From assembly GCF_009914755.1 (NCBI RefSeq), contig NC_060934.1: a DNA stretch of 64,000 nt; one strand, given 5' to 3'. Below the pieces are notes generated by a model. The model did not search any database. It worked only from the letters and a program-made list of their open reading frames with translations, and was not told where the DNA came from. Origin of the DNA: the human T2T-CHM13v2.0 reference genome, Homo sapiens. Shown piece by piece: positions 58,950 through 64,000 of the stretch (position 1 is the first letter of the stretch; every line of letters begins with the position of its first letter). Made by a program: the position numbers and the translations under genes.

Positions 58950-59280
58950 CCCAGTCACTGTGTACTGGTAAATGTTTAACAACTGGTTCTCTGAAAATAA
59001 AGCCCTGATTTTCAGTGTTTGCCAGTTTCCACGGTGTATATATATATATATATCCATGATGGCCAGTTTCAAGTTATCAGCATAAGGATACTGAAATGCA
59101 GAGTTGGGAAGTCATGTGTATAAACAACACCCATAGCCTGTATAAGTTGGCTTTAGCACAACGCTGAGATGCCTGGTTTGCTAGGATAATCCCAGCCTAT
59201 ATCTGTGGTCCTAGCATAATTAATGGTACCCCTACCACTCTTTAAAAGTGTTAATGAAATATTACATGATCACCCCAAAG
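58950..59280. mobile_element. MER63A-like (58950-59165, with internal (TA)n) adjacent to a MER94-like element (59170-59280)
   Basis: ctggtaaatgtttaacaactggttctc (shared with 29030); cctggtttgctaggataatcccag...tgatcaccc. Confidence 0.7.
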
Positions 59281-59879
59281 AATAAATCACTTTGGGACCC
59301 TTTCTCAAAGTAAAAACCTTCCACAAAAAAGGATAAGACCTTCCATAAAAGGTAAGAAGATCTGATTATCTCCTTAGTCAAATGTACACTAACTTCCTAG
59401 TATGGAACACCCTAAAAACATTAACAGCCCTTTATTTTTTTTTTTTAAATCAAACATAGGTAGTTGGGAGAGTATGAATAGTAAACAGGTTCCACTAATG
59501 TTCAAGTACTGACTCACACACAGGGTTTAGTGATTTCTGGAGCTATTACAGCATCTGAGTGAAGAAATCAAGCCACACAGCTGGCTTCAGGTTACACTCT
59601 AGCTTAAAGTCACATGAAACCAAATATCACATGCAGAGTCTAGCACAGTGCCTAGCCCAAATAAATTAAAAACTGGTTAGTCCCTGTAGGTTTAATGGGA
59701 ATCATTAAATCTCAGAGTTCAAGGCAACCCAGGTCAATACTTACTTGATCTCCTTTATGACTACCCCAAGAAGTCATCCTCCAATCTTGCTTAAATACTT
59801 GTCAGCAACCCAATACAACCTGCACTGGGTCACATGGGTAGAATCTGGCAGGCAAGAATATTGGTCTTGGTTCTTCAAA

Positions 59880-60040
59880 GAGGAGAACCCAAAAAAAGAG
59901 TCAAGATAAGATAGCTATCTTTAAATACCTCGTGAGCTGTTATGTAGAAGATGAATTAGATATACTGAATTGTCAAGGACCATGGGGTAGAAGTTATAGG
60001 GAGACAGATTTTGAGTTAGTATAAGGAAGAACATCTAACA
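59880..60040 (+). mobile_element. L3/CR1-like fragment
   Basis: ggggtagaagttatagggagacagattttgagttagtataaggaagaac. Confidence 0.55.
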
Positions 60041-61030
60041 CCACCACAGTAATAATAGCTAACATTTATTGAGTGCTTACATTTTGCTGGAAGCCTCACC
60101 ATACTGCTAACTCATGTTAAGCTTGAAGTCAACGAATCTATTGCTCTCTCTGGTCGCCCCTGACCATCTACCTTGGGCTATAAAAGAGTTGTTTGTCCAG
60201 AAGCCCCAGAGGGATCCAAGTAACTGGCTGCCCAGGCTAGCTACAATTCAGAGGTTCATACAGGTCCAGTCTGTCCTGAGCCTCTATCTAAAGTCCTTGC
60301 ACCCTCAGATTCAGTGTAGGATCAAGGCCAAGAGTACTAGAATGTACATGTGCTGGTGCTGAAGGCAAGCACCTGGAAATATTCATCTCATTCATCATCT
60401 GCCAAAGGAAGATTCCAGAGTCTTGCACATATTTGCAAGGTCATTTTTTCAATTCTTGGAGAATGGGTTAAAAAAATGACCCAAGAACTTGATGTAGTTC
60501 TTCTGAATTCTGAAGTCTTGTTCAATTCATGTGGCTTTTATGAAGGAAAAGTACTCACTTTTCTCATCCTTCTCATCTCCTTTGCATATAACTGCCTCAC
60601 TCAAGGGCTGAGATATCAAACAGTTAAGATCAAAAGAGGACACTTCTTTTTTAAAAAATAACCATGTCCTGACACAAGATTAGCAATCAAATAAATTCCA
60701 CAGTCCTCTTATTCACTAATTTGCCAGCATCACTCTCAGACAGGGTATGCTAAACTTGGTGAGGCAATCTATGATAATCAGGTCAAGACTTATGACACAA
60801 GCCATGTGTCCTGCTTCTAGAAACATCAGAGGGTATTAGGGAAGCTTCCATTGAGGAGGTGATATCCGATCAGGTTGGGGAATACTCTGAAATCCAATCT
60901 CCGAAAGATTCCCAGTCAGGGCAAGATGAGTTTGTGGAAATCCTGGTATTTCAGAGTCTTGGAAGCCTCTGTAATTAAATAACAGCAATGATATTAATAT
61001 TAAATGTCTACATGGTTGATCATTTAGCAA

Positions 61031-61063
<33 letters not shown>

Positions 61064-62197
61064 TAAAATGTCCTCTATTAATATAAATAAGACTGGTATT
61101 AATAGTGTCTTAGTCCATTTTGTGCTGCTATAACAGAACACTTCAGACTGGGTAATTTGTAATGAATAGAAATTTATCGGGCTCACAATTCTAGAGGCTA
61201 GTAAGGCCAAGATTGGGGGGCTGCATATGGCAAGGACCTTCCTGCTGCATCATCCCATGATAGAAGCATAAAAGGGCAAAAGAGCATGTGTGCACAAGAG
61301 AGCAAAAGAGTGAACTCACAGCCTCAAACCCTTTTATAATGGCATTAATCATTCATGGGGATGGTGCCCTCATGACCTAAATGCCTCCCATTAGGCCTCA
61401 TCTCCCAACACTGTTACACTGGGGATTTTCAACACGTGCTTTCTGGGGGACACATTTAAACCACAGCATTCCACCCTGGCTCCCCAAATTCATGTTCTTC
61501 TCACATAAAAGACACATTCATGTCATGCAATAGCCCCAAAAGTCATAACTTTCCAGCATCAGCTCAGAAGTTCAATGTACACAGTCTCATCTGAATCAGA
61601 TATGGATGAGATTCAAGGCAGGATTCATCTTGAGGGACACTTCCCTCTAGCTGTAAGCCTGTGAAATCAAACAAGTTACTTACTTCCAAAATACAATGGT
61701 GGAATAGGCAAAGGATAGACATTCCCATTCCAAAAGACACAAATAGGCAAGAAGAAAGGGATAGTCTTAAGTCAATCCAAAACCCAACAGGGCAAACAAC
61801 ACTAAATCTTAAGGCTCCAGAGTAATCTTCCTTGACTCCACATCCTACCATCTGGGAACACTGGAGCAGCAGTTGGGCGCCCAAGGCCTCAGGTAGGCAG
61901 GCCTACCCCTACAGCTTTGTTTGGTGCTACCCATGCAGCAGCTCTCACAGGTTGGTGTCAGGTGCCTGTGGCTCTCCTGGCTAGTATTTCATGCTGGTAG
62001 GTCTAGAGTTCTGGGGTGTTGGTGTGAGCCCACTCCTTAGGCTTTACTAGGCATTGCTCTAGGAGACTCTCTGCGGTAGCTCCTACCCTAAAGTTATGCC
62101 ACACACTGCCCTAGTAAGGGCCCTCTGGGTTGCTCCACCCTTGCAACACGTGTCTGCCTGGGCCATCAGGCTGTCTATGACATTCTTTGGAATCTAG

Positions 62198-62654
<457 letters not shown>

Positions 62655-62752
62655 CTGCCTCCACAAGTCGTGTACTCTGCATGTCTGTAGACTTAACACC
62701 ACATGGATGCCACCAAGATTTGCTGCTTGCACATTCCAAAGCTGTGGCCTGA

Positions 62753-63062
<310 letters not shown>

Positions 63063-63197
63063 CACCTGAGCACCGTTGAGCCACAGGTGGGGTGAGCAAG
63101 AAGCACTGTAATGAAATGTGGCAAGCAGAGACTTCAGGCAGCCCTGAGAAGTGAACTCCAAGATCCAGAGGGCACACTAGTTCTCTCTTTTGATATA

Positions 63198-64000
63198 CAG
63201 TCATACGTCACTTAATGACGGGTATTTTCAGAGAAAAGAAGTGTCATTAGGCAATTCTGTCATTGTGCAAACAGCATAGAGTGTACTTACACAACCCTAG
63301 ACGCTATAGCCTACTACAGACCTAGGCTATATGGTAAACCCTATTGTTCCTAAGCTGTAAACCTGTACAGCATGTTACTGTGCTTAGTACTATAGGCAAT
63401 TGTAACAATGGTTAGTATTTGTGTATCTAAACATACCTAAACATAGAAAAGGTACAGTAAAAGTACAGTCTAAAAGACAAAACGTGGCATACCTGTATAG
63501 GGCACATACAAGAGCTTCCAGGACTGACAGTTGCTCTGGGTGAGTGAGTGGTGAGTAAATGTGAAGGCCTAGGACATCACTGTACACACTGTAGACTTTA
63601 CAAACATTGTTCACTTAGGCTACTCTAAATTTATAAAAAGAAATTTATTTCTTCAGTAATCAATTATACTTAGCTTACTATAACAGTTTTACTTTATAAA
63701 CTTTCTAATTTTAAAAATTTTTTGACTCTTGTAATAACACTTGGCTTAAAACACAAACATATTGTATAGGTGTACAAAAATATTTTCTTTATATTCTCAT
63801 TCTACAAGCTTTTTTCTATTTTTAAAATTTTTTAGTTTTTTTTTTACTTTTTAAACTTATTTGTTAAAAACAAAGATGCAAACACACACATTAACCTAGG
63901 TCTACACAAAGTCAGGGTCATCAATATCACGGTCTTCCACACCCACATCTTGTCCCACTAGAAGGTATTATGTATTATACATAATTGTGTGTGCTATATT
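63198..64000. mobile_element. Tigger3(b)/GOLEM-family element running towards the window edge
   Basis: ta|cagtcatacgtcacttaatgacggg...catagagtgtacttacacaaccctaga...gtgaaggcctaggacatcactgtacac. Confidence 0.85.

Overview
Primate (very likely human) genomic DNA holding most of PANK1 (pantothenate kinase 1) on the minus strand. Six coding exons (conventionally exons 2-7) were reconstructed with canonical GT/AG junctions and an unbroken reading frame ending in ...ELFKMTDDK*. The first exons and promoter lie beyond position 64000, so 37952-64000 is intron 1. Intron 5 contains the MIR107 hairpin (18644-18724, minus). The 3'UTR has a proximal poly(A) signal at 8902-8907 and probable distal signals near 5400. 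The rest is mostly repeats: about 25 Alus, two essentially full-length Tigger1 fossils, a MER11 solo LTR with 6-bp TSD, MaLR LTR and internal segments, L1/L2/MIR fragments and hAT/Tigger MITEs. The main system here (PANK host gene plus intronic miR-103/107) is already known, and I found no convincing new gene or system. The most original sequence-level observations are: (1) one Tigger1 copy whose two termini are a perfect 15-bp inverted match sharing the same non-consensus bases; (2) strand-biased loss of AATAAA in LTRs lying sense to PANK1; (3) a miR-15/107-group seed site in the host's own 3'UTR; (4) a candidate Alu cassette exon behind a U26 tract; (5) a tail-to-tail inverted Alu pair about 50 nt apart. 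Repeat family names come from recalled consensus sequences, and boundaries of old repeats are approximate.
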